A stretch of DNA of 64,000 nt. Origin: Ranitomeya imitator (lineage: Eukaryota). Position numbers and translations under genes: made by a program. Under the pieces are notes generated by a model. That model had not been told where the DNA came from. It searched no databases and saw only the letters and a program-made list of their open reading frames with translations. Of this stretch, positions 24,590 through 37,067 are shown piece after piece (position 1 is the stretch's first letter; every line of letters begins with the position of its first letter). Location of the stretch: assembly GCF_032444005.1 (NCBI RefSeq), contig NC_091291.1, forward strand, positions 20,398,001 through 20,462,000. Reading direction: 5' to 3'.

Positions 24590-25328
24590 AGGGAACCTGT
24601 CACCCCAGTTTTTCAGTACGAGATAAAAATACTGTTAAATAGGGCCTGAGCTGTGCGTTACTATAGTGTATTTTGTGTACCCTGATTCCACCCCTAAGCT
24701 GCCGAAATAAGTTACCAAAGTCGCCGTTTTCGCCTGTCAATCAGGCTGGTCAGGTCAGATGGCCATGGCGACATCGCTGGTTCTTCCCCCAGATCTTGCA
24801 TATATTTCCGTTGGTGGCGTAGTGGTTTGTGCATGCCCATCTTCTGAATCCACTGGGCAGGAGAAGAAAAAACGCACGATCGGCGCTATTTCCCTGGTGA
24901 TCTGTGGGGGCGGCCATCTTCCTGAGGCCGCGCGTGCGCATATGGACTCCTCTGCTGCCCGGGGCTTCAGGAAAATGGTAGTAGATAGTACTGCAGTGCG
25001 CCAGAAAGGTCAGAGGCCCGGCGCCTGCGCACTGCAGTACTTTGTCTGCCCTCAACAGGGCAGAGCAAAGTACGCCTGCGCCGGAGCCGTGGCTGAAGAT
25101 CAGAAGAGGACGTCATGGAAAGAAGATAGGAGGCGCCGCAGCGGACCGGAGACGCCCATCCGACCTGACCAACAGCGGGACCGCCCCTGGGTGAGTATAA
25201 TATAACGTCTTTTTCTCCTTTTTTCGGTAACATCGGGGGCTTATCTACAGCATTACAGAATGCTGCAGATAAGCCCCTGATGCCGGTGGGATTACCTCAC
25301 CCGCGATTTTCGGGGTGACAGGTTCCCT
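24590..25328. mobile_element. Kolobok/T2-type MITE (739 bp)
   Basis: TTAA flanks 24586-24589 and 25329-25332; TIR AGGGAACCTGTCACCCC...GGGGTGACAGGTTCCCT. Confidence 0.92.
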
Positions 25329-25627
25329 TTAAATATAAAAATTACTTCAAATATAAAATAGTAAAGAAAAAAGTATAATAAATGTGAGTCCAAAATAAAT
25401 ATAGTTTGATTAAAAATTTTTTTATAGTAAAAAAAATATACACATTAAATGTATCCTCAAATTGGTCATGACAAGAAATGTGCAAATCAAATCTAGGTGA
25501 ATTGAATTTGGTTAGAATTTTACAAAAAAAAGTCCGGAATCACCCAGATGTGATCTTGTGATCAATAAAGGGCTGAGAAGGGACTAATAAAAATATTAAA
25601 AATATAACGATAACCTCTCCCTGGCCT

Positions 25628-26925
25628 TTACATGTCTTTCCACACCTAATCCTCTGGTCCTCTTTTGCTGTAGGTGCCTCTGGTCCTCTTTTGTTTTCTC
25701 ATTGGTTTTTAAAGCTATATTCCCACATTGAACTTTAGGTGATTTTTTGATATTGCAGATTTTCTGCACCATTTCTGCACCCGTTAAGTAAAATAGGTTG
25801 CTTGCCTTTTTTAAAAAAAATACACAGCGTAAAAAGTCACCAAAAACTGTAGGAACATAACCTTAGATGTCTTTCCACACCTAGTTCTCTGGTTCTCTTC
25901 TAGGTTCCTCATGTCCTCTTTTGTCTTCACATTGTTTTTTTAGGCTATATTCCCATGATTAGCTTTTAGTGAGTTTTTGATGTTGCGGATTTTCTGCACC
26001 TGTTAAGGAAAATAGGTTACTTGCAGTTTTTTGAAAATATGCAGTGTAAGAAACTCACCAAAAACTTACAGTGGGAACATAACCTTAGATGTCTTTCCAC
26101 ACCTAGTCCTCTGGTTCTCTTCTAGGTTCCTCTGGTCCTCTTTTGTCTTCACATTGGTTTTTTAACACTACTTTCCCACAATGAGCTTTTGGTGAGTTTT
26201 CGATGTTGCAGATTTTTTACAACATTTCAGCATCCATTAAGTAAAATAGGTTACTTGATTTTTTCTGAAAATACACAGATTAAAAAGCCCACTGAAACTC
26301 ATAGTGGGAACATAGCTAAGGCTGTGTGCACACGTTGCGTTTTTTTTCGTGGTTTTCCCGATAAAAACGCTATAAAACCACAAAAAAAAGCATACGATAA
26401 GCATCCCATCATTTAGAATGAATTCTGCATGTTTTGTGCACATGATGCGTTTTTTTTCCGTGAAAAAAATGCATCGCGGTAAAAACCGCAGCATGTTCAT
26501 TAATTTTGCGGGTTTTTTTTTGCGGATTTCCCACTACAAAATGCATTGGGAAGTGTCCGGAAAAAAGCACGGCAAAAACGCATCAAAACCGCGGCAAAAA
26601 CGTGGCAAAACCGCATACAGATTTCTTGCGGATTTCTTGCAGAAGATGTCCGTTTTTCCTCAGGAATTTTCTGCGAGAAATCCTGAATGTGTGCACATAG
26701 CCTTAGATATATTTCCTCCTCCCCTGGTCCTCTTCTAGGACCCTCTGGTTCTCTTTTGTCTTCACATTGTTTTTTTAGGCTACTTTGAGCTTTTGGTGAA
26801 TTTTCAGTGTCGCAGATTTTCTGAACAATTTTTGCACCCAATAAGCAAAAGAGATTACTTGCAGTTTTACGAAAAATATGTAACGTAAAAACCTCACCAA
26901 AAACTCATCGTTGGAATGTAGCTGA
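25628..26925. repeat. Tandem array of four ~220-240-bp units, each a ~75-bp spacer plus a ~140-bp Harbinger-like MITE
   Basis: Spacer ATGTCTTTCCACACCTAG...TCTTCACATTG repeats; the MITE part has GGCTATATTCCCA...TGGGAACATAACC ends. Confidence 0.75.
26320..26702. mobile_element. PIF/Harbinger-like MITE (383 bp) inserted in the tandem array
   Basis: TIR GGCTGTGTGCACAC...GTGTGCACATAGCC; TAA/TTA flanks. Confidence 0.8.
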
Positions 26926-27364
26926 TTTGACATGTCACGATGCAAATCAATATTCCGCCCTGAATTTAGGCGAATTTGACAAATTCCAATCATGTAGGGA
27001 TTTTAACCTTTTTAGTTGTGACACACACGGTAAAGTTATATTGTCAATTACGGCAAACATAAAACTGGTTAAAAAAAAAAAAAAAACAAGAACAAAAAAT
27101 ACAACAGCTATAATTGTTAAAATAGAAAATCAAGCGTAGGAGAAAACGAAACAAAAAATATGATGGAGTTGAATTTTTACATATTCCGCAATTAGAAAAG
27201 ATTCACCGAATTAAAACGCTACCTTACATGTACCCCCAAATAGTTTCGAAAACATTTTCAGGTCATCGGTTTAAAAAAAAACAAACAAATAAAACAACAG
27301 CTATAATTGCTAAAATCAAGCCGAAACCCAAAAAATAATTCCTGCAGGCTAACACTGTCTTAGT

Positions 27365-27551
27365 GCTTAAAGGGTTAAGGGGAAAAGAGGATTTCCTCTT
27401 GACAGTAAGTTTTTCGCTGACTCTGAATCTGATGTAATAACTGATGTCACCGTAGAACTCCTATAAATTTCACACCTAACTGGAGAATACGTTTTGATAG
27501 TTAAGAAGCTCAAAAGTAAAAGGAAGAAGTCGATCCTGGAGATAAGTAAGT
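27365..27551 (+). promoter_or_regulatory. Putative promoter and non-coding exon 1 of GPCR B
   Basis: TATAAA 27462-27467, donor GTAAGT 27546-27551; paralogous to 4255-4436. Confidence 0.65.
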
Positions 27552-27990
27552 AACCAGCGTGTCAACCATGTATTGATTGTTGGGACTTTAAAAATTCTTC
27601 AGTCCACAAATAGTTTATGGCTAAGAACCTGCAGATGACTTTTGATTTTTCTTGTAGCATACTGTCCTTCAATAAATTGTTAATGATAAGTTTTATTGTT
27701 AACAGATCATCATGGGTCCGTATGATGATGACTAATGTATCGATTCGGTACAGAGTGTGTTACGTGCGATCACAATCACTCAGTCCCATACCAGTCCGGC
27801 AGTTACGTTCCCAAATTTAGTTTTTCGTGAGTTCTTGATGTTGCAAATTTTCTGCACCATTTCTTCATGGATCAAGTCAATTAGGTGACTCGTGTTTCTT
27901 CATCGCTTTTGTGAGTGTTTTTTAATACCTGTGTTTTTATTGTCAAAAACTCATTATGGGCCACACAGCCATCACACATAATGAGATTTA

Positions 27991-28614
27991 CCGTATTTTC
28001 TGGCGTATAAGACGACCCCCAACTTTTCCATATAAAATATGGAATTTGGGATATACCCGCCGTATAAGACGGGGGTCATCTTATACGCCCAGTCATCTTA
28101 TACGGCGTGTGGTTCCCAGGGTCTGGAGGAGAGGAGACTCTCTTTCAGGCCCTGGGATCCATATTCATGTAAAAAATAAAGAATAAAAATAAAAAACATG
28201 GATATACTCACCCTCGGACGGGCCCTGGCTCACAGCGCTGCTAGCGTCTCCTTCCGTTCCTTAGAATGCGGTGAGTGAAGGACCTTCAGTGACCGGTCAT
28301 GTGACCGCGATGTCATCGAAGGTCCTTCACTCTCTGCATTGTCAGGAACGAAGGGAGACGCTAGCAGCGCTGAGAGCCAGGGTCCGTCGGAGGGGTGAGT
28401 ATATCCATATTTTTTATTTTTATTCTTTATTTTTTACATGAATATGGATCCCAGGGCCTGAAGGAGAGTCTCCTCTCCTCCAGACCCTGGGAACCACACG
28501 CCGACATCCAGGATCGCTTCCTGCACACACCGTACCCGGCATATAAGACGACCTTCCGAGTTTTGGTACAATTTTTAGGGGTCAAAAAGTCGTCTTATAT
28601 GCCGTAAAATACGG
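27991..28614. mobile_element. Tc1/mariner (pogo/Tc2-like) MITE, 624 bp, in the inferred intron of GPCR B
   Basis: TA flanks 27989-27990 and 28615-28616; TIR CCGTATTTTCTGGCGTATAAGACGAC...GTCGTCTTATATGCCGTAAAATACGG. Confidence 0.88.
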
Positions 28615-30002
28615 TATTTAATGGGGGCCAAAGTCTGCAGTCACATACGGTGACTGCAGACTAGTAGCTTATAGAAACATTTAAAAAAATAATATAAAAA
28701 TCTGTAAAAATTAAAAGTAATCTGCACAACATCTACGTATATGAAGATGGTAAATGCTTTCTTCCTTTAGATCTACCTGTGATTGCAGTCATGGGCATAT
28801 GAAGAATCTGAAACATTTCTTTGCTGTCTCTTGCACTCTAGCCTGGAACTTCTTTGATTTATTATTTCAAAACTGATTTTCTTTTTCTGTTTTTTTCTGC
28901 TTTACTTTTTCTTTAGACTGGAGCCTAAAATTATACATAATGTTCCTCCATGATCGGTCTGACTAGTGATTTTTATATTTTGCTGCATGACATGATCATA
29001 GTTGACCTGACATTAAATACTGCAGCTCAATTTGCTGGCCATAATTTTTTTTTGTAAAATTTGTGATGCCAGAATTTGTCTTTTTTTTAAGTGCATATTC
29101 TATATTCTATATTCATATTCTATATTCTGTTATTTTTATAGATCTAAGATGTAACGAAAAAAAAACCATTTTATGATATTTTATTATCTGAGGTTTATCA
29201 TTTAAGCATGTTGCCTTAACCTCTACTAAAACCATCACCTCAATTTCCGCCTTGTCTGATAATGTCGCCATGGAGGTGTTGGGTAACATGGTGAAGAAAA
29301 TATTTCAGTAGAAGACACCTTGCTCCATTACATTTCCTGAGCGATCATTCTTCAGTTTGCGGGAATTGTTCTTTGGTTGGTAGAATGAGATTCTGGATGC
29401 AACTTTCACAAAAAAACGATGGCTGGCACAATAAGGTTTTGTTGAAGGGTTGTCCTCTGAAAGCAAGCTATCGGTTATCCAAACGACAGATGATAACTTA
29501 ATACAGTAGTCGGTGGGGTCTGATAGCTGTGACCCGCAAAGATCATCAGGGTGGTGCACTTTCACCAACCTTAGGTTGGAAGGTCAGTGCTGATACTCAA
29601 CCGACACTGCATTGATTACCTATGGGGCTGTGGTTTTTTCCAGGGTGTCCTATAGGGAAGGAATAGAGCACCAGTCGGACATCAATCCTTCGTATCCATG
29701 TTCTCATGGTGAAAAATGTGCCCTGTAAAGAATGAAAATTCCCATTACAATGATTGGTGCATGTCCCAGAGGTCAGAGCCTGTAGATCACTAGATCCTCT
29801 CTTGGAGATACATGATAATTTGTTTTCATTGGACAGCCCCTTTAATGTCTGTGTGTCCTTCTTTATAAATACTGGAAAGATAAAAGGGAAAATTTACGTT
29901 AAAATGAATTTTAAAAATGGGATTTTTAATTACCGTTTGCAATAATTTTTAATTTTTACATGTGCATCTTTAAGAACTGTTCTACTGTCCTCCAGCAAAG
30001 CT

Positions 30003-31064
30003 ATGGAGAACATCACAACAGCATTTCCATTCTTCGATATTACACTACTGGATGATACTACCGTCAATACCACCGATTCCTACGACGAAGAGATCGTATT
30101 GCACATTGTGGATTATTTCTCTTTGGTGATCTACTCTTTGGCTTTTCTAATGGGGACCATCGGGAATGGACTGGTCATCTGGTTCACAATCTTCAGGATG
30201 AAGAAAACGGTCAACGTTATTTGGTTCCTTAATTTGGCAATTGCTGATTTTGTGTTCACATTATTTCTCCCCTTGAGCATAATCTACCTGGCAAACAATT
30301 TCTACTGGATCTTTGGAAACTTCATGTGCAAGTTGAACAGCATGGTGGCTTTCCTCAACCTGTATGCAAGCGTCTTCCTGCTTACCGCCATCAGTGTTGA
30401 CCGTTGTGCCTCTGTCATCTTCCCGGTTTGGTGCCAAAACCACCGAACTCCGAGGATGGCTTTACGTGTTGTCATGGCTGTTTGGATCCTGGCTTTTATA
30501 TTAAGCTTACCATACTTTATTTTTCGAGACACCTTAAAGCCCAAGCATTATGAAATCCTTCTTTGCTATAACAACTTTAAACGTGGAGAGTCTGAAGACA
30601 TTGGTATATCCCGGCACAAGGCAACAGTCATATTTCGATTTTTTGCAGCATTTATTATTCCTTTTTCGATCATTGTCACGTCTTACTCTGTGATTGCCTT
30701 CCGCATCCAAAGAAATCACATGACCACCTCTTCCAAGCCCTTCAAAGTAATCATTGCGGTGATAATTACCTTCTTTCTTTGTTGGCTTCCTTACCATATT
30801 TTCTCAATACTGGAATTCCATTCAGCTTATCGGGATGATGATTATCTATCTGAAGAAGTTCATATTGGGTTTCCTCTAACCACTAGCCTTGCGTTCATGA
30901 ACAGCTGCGTCAATCCTTTCCTCTATGTTTTTATTGGTCGGGACTTCAAAGATAAATTTGGGAAGTCCATCCAATCCATATTTGAAAAAGCTTTCAATGA
31001 AGACTCAGTGCATAAAGACCTGAAAAGCAAGACCAAGTCTACATCTGCATCCCAAATCCTCTGA
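30003..31064 (+). CDS. cmklr1-like: Chemerin-like receptor 1-like class A GPCR (paralogue B, 353 aa)
   Basis: Same 7TM motifs as A (SVDRC, CWLPYH, NSCVNPFLY); about 61 substitutions and a 2-aa indel versus A by hand count (~82% identity). Confidence 0.9.
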   Translation: MENITTAFPFFDITLLDDTTVNTTDSYDEEIVLHIVDYFSLVIYSLAFLMGTIGNGLVIWFTIFRMKKTVNVIWFLNLAIADFVFTLFLPLSIIYLANNFYWIFGNFMCKLNSMVAFLNLYASVFLLTAISVDRCASVIFPVWCQNHRTPRMALRVVMAVWILAFILSLPYFIFRDTLKPKHYEILLCYNNFKRGESEDIGISRHKATVIFRFFAAFIIPFSIIVTSYSVIAFRIQRNHMTTSSKPFKVIIAVIITFFLCWLPYHIFSILEFHSAYRDDDYLSEEVHIGFPLTTSLAFMNSCVNPFLYVFIGRDFKDKFGKSIQSIFEKAFNEDSVHKDLKSKTKSTSASQIL

Positions 31065-31311
31065 TTCATAGAGACACCTTCACATTTGAACTTTTTGTTT
31101 GGCTATAAATGTTCCCGTACATGTAATAGACCGAATGATCGGTAACAAGGATCATTAGAGGTCTTTTATTTAAAGTACTGAAACTTTGATGTTTTATCCT
31201 ACTAAATTGAAGAGTTTGACTTTCAAGCTCAACTCCAATGATAACGTATGCCTCTTTCATGTCCTAACTCAATAGATCAAACAAGCTGTCCCAATAATTG
31301 GCTAGTTTTAA

Positions 31312-32541
31312 CCCACTCGCGACCAGAGGTATTTCCGTTTTTACATTTTATTTTTTGCTCCCCTTTTTCCCAAAGCCATAGCATTTTTATTTTTTAGTCA
31401 ATATGGCCATGTGATGGATATTTTTTTGTGGAACAAGTTGTACTTTTGAACGACGCCATTGGTTTTAACATATCACGTACTGGAAAACGGGAAAAAATTC
31501 CAAGTGTGGTTAAATTGCAAAAAACAGTGTAATTCCACAGTTGTTGTTTTTTTTTCACCATGTTCACTAAATGCTAAAACTGACCTTCTATTATGATTTT
31601 CATAGACACCAAAAATGTCTAGGTTCTTTTTTATTTAAGTGGTGAAAAACAAATTCCCCAATTTGGTAAAAAAAAATGGCTTCATTTTCCGAGACCTGTA
31701 GTATCTCCATTTTTCATGATCTGGGGTTGGATGAGGTCTTATTTCTTGCGCACCGAGCTGATGTTTTTACTTATACAATTTTGGTGCAGATACATTCTTT
31801 TGATTCCCCTTTATTGCATTTTATTGCAATATAGCAGCGACCAAAAAAACACATTTGGGATGTTTTTAATTTTTTTCTCGTTATGCCGTTTAGCCATCAG
31901 GTTAATTCATTTTTTATATTGATAGATCGGGCGATTATGAATGCGGAAATACCAAATATGTGTATGTTTGATTATTTTTAATTATTCTTTTATTTTGAAT
32001 GGGGCGAAAGGGGGTGATTTGAACTTTTGGATATTTTTTTACTTTTTGCATGCTTCAACAGTCTACATGGGAGGCTAGAAGCTGCAGTACTTTGATCACT
32101 TCTGCTATACACAAGTGATGATCAGATCTACTATGTGTAGCAGAAATGCTCACTTGCTTTGAGCGCCGACCTTGGGGTGGCGCTCATAGCAATTTGGCGG
32201 TGACAACCATAGAGGTCTGCTGGAGTCCCCTGGTAGTCATGCCGACCCATCAGTGACCAGCGATCATGTGACGGGGTCACCGATGGGTGGGATTAGTGAC
32301 GTGCTTCCGGTCAGCGCGAGTTAATTGTCGCTGTCAGAGATTGACAGCGGCATTTAACTAATTAACAGCCGCGGGTGGATTGCGATTCCCCCCAGGGCTG
32401 TTGTTGGGCATGTGTCAGCTGTATAGATCAGCTGTCATGCACCCGGAATGGTGTGAGTTCAGTGCCGGAGCCCGCACCAAACAGGGGGAGTCCAGCATCT
32501 ATTATTAATACTACTACTATTGCTCCTAATGTCGGAAAGGG
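31312..32541. mobile_element. Non-autonomous piggyBac-like insertion in the 3' flank of GPCR B
   Basis: Starts TTAA|CCC (31308-31314) and ends GTCGGAAAGGG (degenerate TIR); absent at the paralogous A site near 9570; related fragments at ~52700-53190. Confidence 0.6.
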
Positions 32542-33958
32542 ATGAAAAAGTCTGCATTTTCGACCATATATTCGTCTGATGGTAAGCTCATAAAAGGGAA
32601 ACCTGCTGCAAAAATTTCAATTAAACAGCTGTAATTGGTAAAAGAACCTTGCATCAAATGTTCAATTCCCCTATAGCGCCACCGCAGGACAAATTAAGTA
32701 TTACACAATGTCCATTAAAAATCAATGCATGGATGGATGTCCTGGCTCCTCCCGAGTTAGTGATCTTCTTTGCTCTGACTATTCGATAAAGGTTCCAAAT
32801 AAGAACTTAAGGATGAATTAATATCAGTCACACTCCCCCTGTTTGTACAACTATTATGAAGTGCTTACTTGATGTCATGATCGAGAAAACAAAGGGAGGT
32901 TTATTTTTGGTTTTACGGTATGTGACTCTTCTGCTCTCGTTTATGCCCATAAACTTTTTTGCAACTTCTCAAAAGTGCCAATAAGGAAGAAAAATTGTAC
33001 ATTTTTATGTAAAATATGGGTCTAGCCAAATATTGCGATATTTTACAGCACCAAGAGTTATGCAAATTACCTTGTGAATTCCCTGCATTAATATTATCAA
33101 GAATTATAAGTAGTCATTTAAAGGATCCTGGGAGTGATTTTTTATTTATTTTTTTTATTACACAGAATGTTTTCTTTTTTAGATCACTTTCTTCTTTGGA
33201 AGAAATGTTTATTCAAATATTACATGTGAAAATTCACTTATTGTGTCCTAAATTTTGACACCTTTTAAATCAACTCACTTTTCAGTCTAAACTTTCAAGC
33301 CAGTTAAATTCATTATATATTTTAATAGTAACTAAAGATCTATATTTTGGAAATATGCCTGTAAATCAATATTTAAGACATAGATTCAAGTGGAAAAAAA
33401 AAAATTCTGGGTGCCAGCTGCCACCACTAGGAGGAGCCCAAGAGCCTAGTGTATACTTTGTTATTATTGTTTTTAACTTGTAAATAGGAAGTGAACGGGA
33501 AGCTCCTTAGCTCCCTCTAGTGGTGGCTTCAGGCAGGTAGAAATTTATCGAAAATACGTTTTTTTTTACCAGCATAGAAGTTTGGTGATATTTTAGAAAA
33601 AAAAACAAAAAGCGTTCATGGAAGGGTCATTACTTCAAACTAATATAGTAAAATTTGTTATGAGATATTGTTACTAACTTAGGTAATAAACTTTTTAATT
33701 TGATTTTTGTTTTTTTATCCTGAACGCAATGATAAAAAGGAAACAGAGATCAGAATAAAACAAAACAGTTTTACACCATCACACCTCCGGTCAAGGCTGA
33801 TCTGATTGGGATACTAAGACAGAAAATGAACGGTCTGTATCCGGAAACTAGAGATGTGCAAATCTGCTGAAATTAGACTTTAGCAGATTTGCTCAAATTG
33901 TGGCTAACGTTATTTGATTTGCGTCTAATTTACTTCATGCAAATTGAATTTGCCTTAA

Positions 33959-34529
33959 AGGGAACCTGTCACCCCCCCCAGGGCGTTTTTAAGTAAAAGA
34001 GCCACCTTCAGCAGCACTAAGGCTGCATTTTGTGAAGGCGGCTCTTATGCTTAGAATCCCTAGGAACGCAGAAATAATCATTGTTATAAATTGCCCTCCA
34101 TATCTCTATTGTGTCCCAGAGGTATGTCTTCTCCCCCGGTGTCAACCGCCTTCGAGACGTCAATCATCCTCCTCTTGCTTCTGTGCGCCGCCTCCTGATC
34201 CTGTTACATGCCCAGCGCCTGCGTAGAGCGTAGGCCACAGATCCCGCCCCGCAGTGTGTTATGATGTATTCACACTGCGGGGCTGGGAATCTGGCGCCTG
34301 CGCAGTGGAGCGGGTCATTGTGCTCCATTGAAGAGAGTGCCGAACTCTCGCGAGACCTCACAAATCTCACGAGACATGAGCACTTACTTCAATGGAGCAC
34401 GGTGACACGCTCCACTGCGTAGGTGCCAGATTTTCAGCCCCGCAGTGTGAATGCAGCCTTAGTGCTGCTGAAGGTGGCTCTTTTACTTAAAAACGCCCAG
34501 GGGGGGGGGGGGGAGGGGGGCGGTTCCCT
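33959..34529. mobile_element. Kolobok/T2-type MITE (571 bp)
   Basis: TTAA flanks 33955-33958 and 34530-34533; left TIR AGGGAACCTGTCACCCC, right end GGTTCCCT; subterminal inverted repeats. Confidence 0.85.
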
Positions 34530-36049
34530 TTAATTGAAAATAATAAACGATTTTTATTATGCTCTGATGTCTTCTGAATCCAACTCATAATAAAATATTG
34601 GTCCAAAAGTGGTTGAAAAACACCTTGTCTCTGTCATCTGTCCTCAGAGTCTCATTCCATTAACTCCTGCTGTTGTCTTCATTCTTTAACAAAGCTTTGG
34701 GTGCTGACTGTTGGTGATCCAATACATTACCACCATAGTTTGTTACTCTCACCCTGTGTCTTCTGAGTAGCATTCTGCCCATGGAGAAGGAGTGCGGGAT
34801 GAGCCCTTGTCCATGCGGTGTTTCTAAAGACAGTCAGGCAAGCTTACGTGAGCACCCACTCACCCTCGTGTCTTCACATTTATTTTGGCTAAAATGCTCC
34901 GTTAACTCACATTTGAATGTTTGCCATGCCAAGATCCTGCTTTGGATCTGGATTTGGTGACTAGTCAAATGTCTTTACCAACATCAATACTATAACTCTT
35001 CTTGATGGTTCAGCTATGACAAACCTATCCATAGCCCAGAAAGTTCTCATATTTGCTGATGTTTCGCAAATTGAAGATCAACTGAAAAAATACCCTCATC
35101 TCTTACAATTGGTAATACAACCTGTCCTTGCACAATGGTCATCATCTGCTCCGGAGTTTATTCACTATATTAGCCTTATGACTTTCTTTATGCTACTCTA
35201 GGTGAAGGTACGCATGGGTTATCCGCAAATCTTAAAAAGATAGTAGACTGAAGTCTCGTGTTGACAAGGGACCTCTCCACTTCCCCCATTCATTCTAGGT
35301 TTAGGATGTTGACCTCATATTTGTACTCTAAATCATTTCCTGTTTACTTGTTGCCGATTAATCCTCGCTACACTTTGTCTTTGCTATATCCCTACCTTGC
35401 CCTGTGCCTATTTATAATGAATACCGCCCTTCAAAATCTTATTTTCTGCCTGGGGGAAATTCTCTCTGCAACAAGGCTGAGGATGAAGCCCTGAAACCCT
35501 GCGCCCTTGTCTAGGCTACGTCTACGTCAACGGTGCCCCATTAGGTCAATCCCCTTTTTTATTATACTTCATCTAAGGCAAAAAAACATTGACTATCGAC
35601 AAAAGTGGAAATTCCTTTGATTTTGAAATATGCACATGTTAATTTCTGCAAGGAAAATGTCTGATGCATAGAAAAGATTTGTGATCTCCTTCATCGGCCC
35701 CATATTGGAATCTACTGCTGCCTGGCAAAATATACTGCGATTTTGTCCAGTGTGGATGTAACCTAAAAATCTACAGGAATTTGAAAATATTGTCACACCC
35801 CTAATTATGATGACGCAGATCTTTTGGGATTCTACAAGAGATGAGCGGAACTTTTGAAATTCAAATGAAATTTAAATTTCCTGGCTTTGCTGAATTTTCC
35901 CCCAAAATTTTATTCACGGCAAATACATATACGTGAATCTCCATACTGGAAAGCTTGTAATTTCTCTGAAAATACATGTGGGAGACAGGAGACAGAATGC
36001 CACTGACCATAGGAGCTAACACTCTGCAGAAGATGCAGAGAGTGATAGG

Positions 36050-37067
36050 ATTATGCTGACCATAAGAGTTTGCACTCTACAGGAGTGACGTAGAGAGAGA
36101 GAGGACGCCATTGACCACCAGAGCTTACACGCTACAGGTCCCCAATAACCATAAGAGTTTACACTCTACAGGAGTAAGAGAGAGGTCCCCACCGACCATA
36201 AGAGTTTACACTCTACAGGAGAGAGAGGACTCCACTGACCATAAGAGCTTACACTCTACAGTAGGGAGAGGACCCCACTGACCATAAGAGCTTACACTCT
36301 ACAGTAGGGAGAGGACCCCACTGACCATAAGAGCTTACACTCTACAGGAGAGAGAGGACCCCGCTGACCATAAGAGCTTACACTCTACAGGAGAGAGAGA
36401 GGACCCCACAGACCATAAGAGCTTACACTCTACAGGAGAGAGAGAGGACCCCACTGACCATAAGAGCTTACACTCTACAGGAGAGAGAGGACTCCACTGA
36501 CCATAAGAGCTTACACTATACTGGAGAGAGAGGACCCCACTGACCATAAGAGCTTACACTCTACAGGAGAGAGAGGACCCCACCGACCATAAGAGCTTAC
36601 ACTCTACAGGAGAGAGAGGACCCCACTGACCATAAGAGCTTACACTCTACAGGAGAGAGGATCCCACTGACCATAAGAGCTTACACTCTACAGGAGAGAG
36701 GACCCCACTGACCATAAGATCTTACACTCTACAGGAGAGAGAGGACCCAACTGACCATAAGAGCTTACACTCTACAGGTCCCCAATAACCATAAGAGTTT
36801 ACACTCTACAGGAGTAAGAGAGAGGTCCCCACCGACCATAAGAGTTTACACTCTACAGGAGAGAGAGGACTCCACTGACCATAAGAGCTTACACTCTACA
36901 GTAGGGAGAGGACCCCACTGACCATAAGAGCTTACACTCTACAGTAGGGAGAGGACCCCACTGACCATAAGAGCTTACACTCTACAGGAGAGGGAGAGGA
37001 CCCCACTGACCATAAGAGCTTACACTCTACAGGAGAGGGAGAGGACCCCACTGACCATAAGAGCTTA
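36050..37067. repeat. ~37-41-bp minisatellite (CTGACCATAAGAGCTTACACTCTACAGGAGAGAGAGGACCCCA)
   Basis: About 25 tandem units; the last unit is split by the solo LTR at 37068 and resumes at 39027. Confidence 0.95.

Noticed and set aside
33850-35940. AGAGATGAGCG/AGAGATGTGC-type fragments (also near 25480 and 26930) suggestive of hAT-like MITEs
   Set aside because: Too degenerate to define both ends or a TSD by eye.
36050-37067. Regular ~40-bp repeats as a CRISPR-like array
   Set aside because: There are no unique spacers or cas genes, and the context is eukaryotic.
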